From positions 1-16,658 of the forward strand of contig PRDH01000050.1 of assembly GCA_003345545.1 (NCBI GenBank): a stretch of DNA of 16,658 bases. The letters run 5' to 3'. The notes beneath the pieces are model-generated. The model saw nothing but the letters and a program-made list of their open reading frames with translations. It did no database searches and was not told the origin of the DNA. This document shows, one piece after another, positions 15,568 through 16,658 of the stretch; the stretch's first letter is position 1; every line of letters starts with the position of its first letter. Origin of the DNA: Candidatus Thorarchaeota archaeon (GTDB lineage Archaea; Asgardarchaeota; Thorarchaeia; Thorarchaeales; Thorarchaeaceae). The translations under genes were made by a program, and so were the position numbers.

Positions 15568-16239
15568 TCATCTCCTCTCTTTTTCTGAACGCAGTCCGAA
15601 CCTCTCAGGGGCAGCCTCGATACGTTTTATGAGTTTAAGAAGCCACTCACGGCGACACTCGAGCATAGCCCGGGGGCGATCGAATAGCGCATGAACCAAG
15701 TCTAATGGCTCGTCGCTCTGAAAGTCGGTCACAGGGCGTCCTCCAATCTTGCGTCCAGGTTCAGTCTTCTGTAGTTGACTAATGTCTTCAATCGCTTGGG
15801 TATTGGAGAGCAGAAAGCCAATGGACCTATCAATGCCCTCCACCTGCTCATGCAAAGAGTCAAGAACCTCTTGTTGACTGAGGAGGAACATCGCAGACAT
15901 TCCCAGATCGAAGATTGTTTTAGACCGTGGCGGATCGCTCAGGCATTGCATGATTTGGCTCTTCAGGACTTTCCGCCCTTTTGACGTCAGAGAGAATGTC
16001 TTTTTCGAAGGTCTGAGACCCGCCTCAGATTTCTCTCCTGCAATGAGACCCCTCTCTTCCAGCTCTCTGAGGGCTTTGTAGACAGAGGGCATTCTGATGT
16101 CCACCCACTCTCTGTATCCACGGTCCTCTATGAGTCTGTCAATCTCATAGCCATATTTCGCACCATCTCCAATCAGCGTGAGGACTGTAAGGTATGTCGA
16201 TGGAAGCAACTCTTCAACTGACTTGTCTTCTCGCAACAT
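15568..16239 (-). CDS. PadR-family transcriptional regulator with an extended C-terminal domain
   Basis: KYGYEI, SVYKALRELEERGLI and PSKKTFSLTSKGR winged-helix motifs; ends 4 nt before the BtrH-like gene. Confidence 0.92.
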   Translation of the reverse strand: MLREDKSVEELLPSTYLTVLTLIGDGAKYGYEIDRLIEDRGYREWVDIRMPSVYKALRELEERGLIAGEKSEAGLRPSKKTFSLTSKGRKVLKSQIMQCLSDPPRSKTIFDLGMSAMFLLSQQEVLDSLHEQVEGIDRSIGFLLSNTQAIEDISQLQKTEPGRKIGGRPVTDFQSDEPLDLVHALFDRPRAMLECRREWLLKLIKRIEAAPERFGLRSEKERR

Positions 16240-16259
16240 TCTTTGTAGCTCGAATGCAA

Positions 16260-16308
16260 TATTATACTAGTACAATATTGTACTAATATAATAATAAAGC
16301 TTTTCCCC
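16260..16308 (-). promoter_or_regulatory. padR promoter (BRE + TATA) with a 34-bp palindromic operator
   Basis: Minus strand GGGGAAAAG-CTTTATTA (16308-16292). The palindrome TATTATAcTAGTACAAT|ATTGTACTAaTATAATA spans 16260-16293 with one mismatched pair. Confidence 0.8.
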
Positions 16309-16433
16309 GTACGGAATTCGGCAAATTCAATCGATACGAGAGTGATTGCATACCTCAATCTCGATCCAGACTGCCTTGCGGCAACACGTCAACATCTTTT
16401 TCACTGAGTGCACGACGAGATTCTTGGATTTCT

Positions 16434-16658
16434 ATGAGTACTCAGACACGGCGCATACAACCATATTGGACAGTTGACGGGGACTATGTCACTCTGGTGG
16501 ATTTTGCACTTCAGGTAGCACCGGCCCTTGATTCAGAATTCAAGCCACCTGTTATCTGGTCCGAGAGGACAACTGAAACAGTCCCGTGTGAGAGAGCTGT
16601 CTCTTGTTTTGCCTATGGTGATGCCGAAAGAGGCGTGAGTGTTCATCACATAACTCAT
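16434..16658 (+). CDS. Hypothetical protein, 5' part (runs off the window)
   Basis: Open frame from ATG 16434 to the window end: MSTQTRRIQPYWTVDGDYVTLVDFALQVAPALDSEFKPPVIWSERTTETVPCERAVSCFAYGDAERGVSVHHITH. TATA-like CTTTTTCA about 30 bp upstream. No family recognised. Confidence 0.55.
   Translation, partial: MSTQTRRIQPYWTVDGDYVTLVDFALQVAPALDSEFKPPVIWSERTTETVPCERAVSCFAYGDAERGVSVHHITH

Overview
This is archaeal chromosomal DNA. The assignment rests on BRE/TATA-like promoters, GGTGA/GAGG Shine-Dalgarno (SD) motifs, frequent TTG starts and an archaeal SCP2-type thiolase. The gene mix would fit an Asgard/Thorarchaeia-like organism, but that is inference. Most of the window is metabolic or housekeeping: a partial thiolase (missed by the ORF track), an FkbM methyltransferase, an acyl-CoA dehydrogenase, an operon of nitroreductase, DUF6125-like protein and LeuA/homocitrate-synthase-family enzyme, a membrane protein, a gamma-carbonic-anhydrase-family protein, two tandem paralogous small beta-barrel proteins, two zinc-ribbon proteins, an exported MBL-fold hydrolase, an LLM oxidoreductase, a TPR protein, a short FKBP, bifunctional PurH, a PadR + BtrH-like operon, and a partial ORF at the right edge. 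The most notable signals are: (1) a 989-bp low-GC single-gene islet (FkbM) bounded by a perfect 16-bp direct repeat, lying between the divergent thiolase and acyl-CoA dehydrogenase genes; (2) an unannotated 39-aa basic micro-ORF with an SD and upstream dyads; (3) a 34-bp palindromic operator over the padR promoter; (4) structured non-coding sequence upstream of purH; (5) a DRE-TIM enzyme with atypical substrate-pocket motifs. No rRNA, tRNA, CRISPR array, transposase or integrase was seen.
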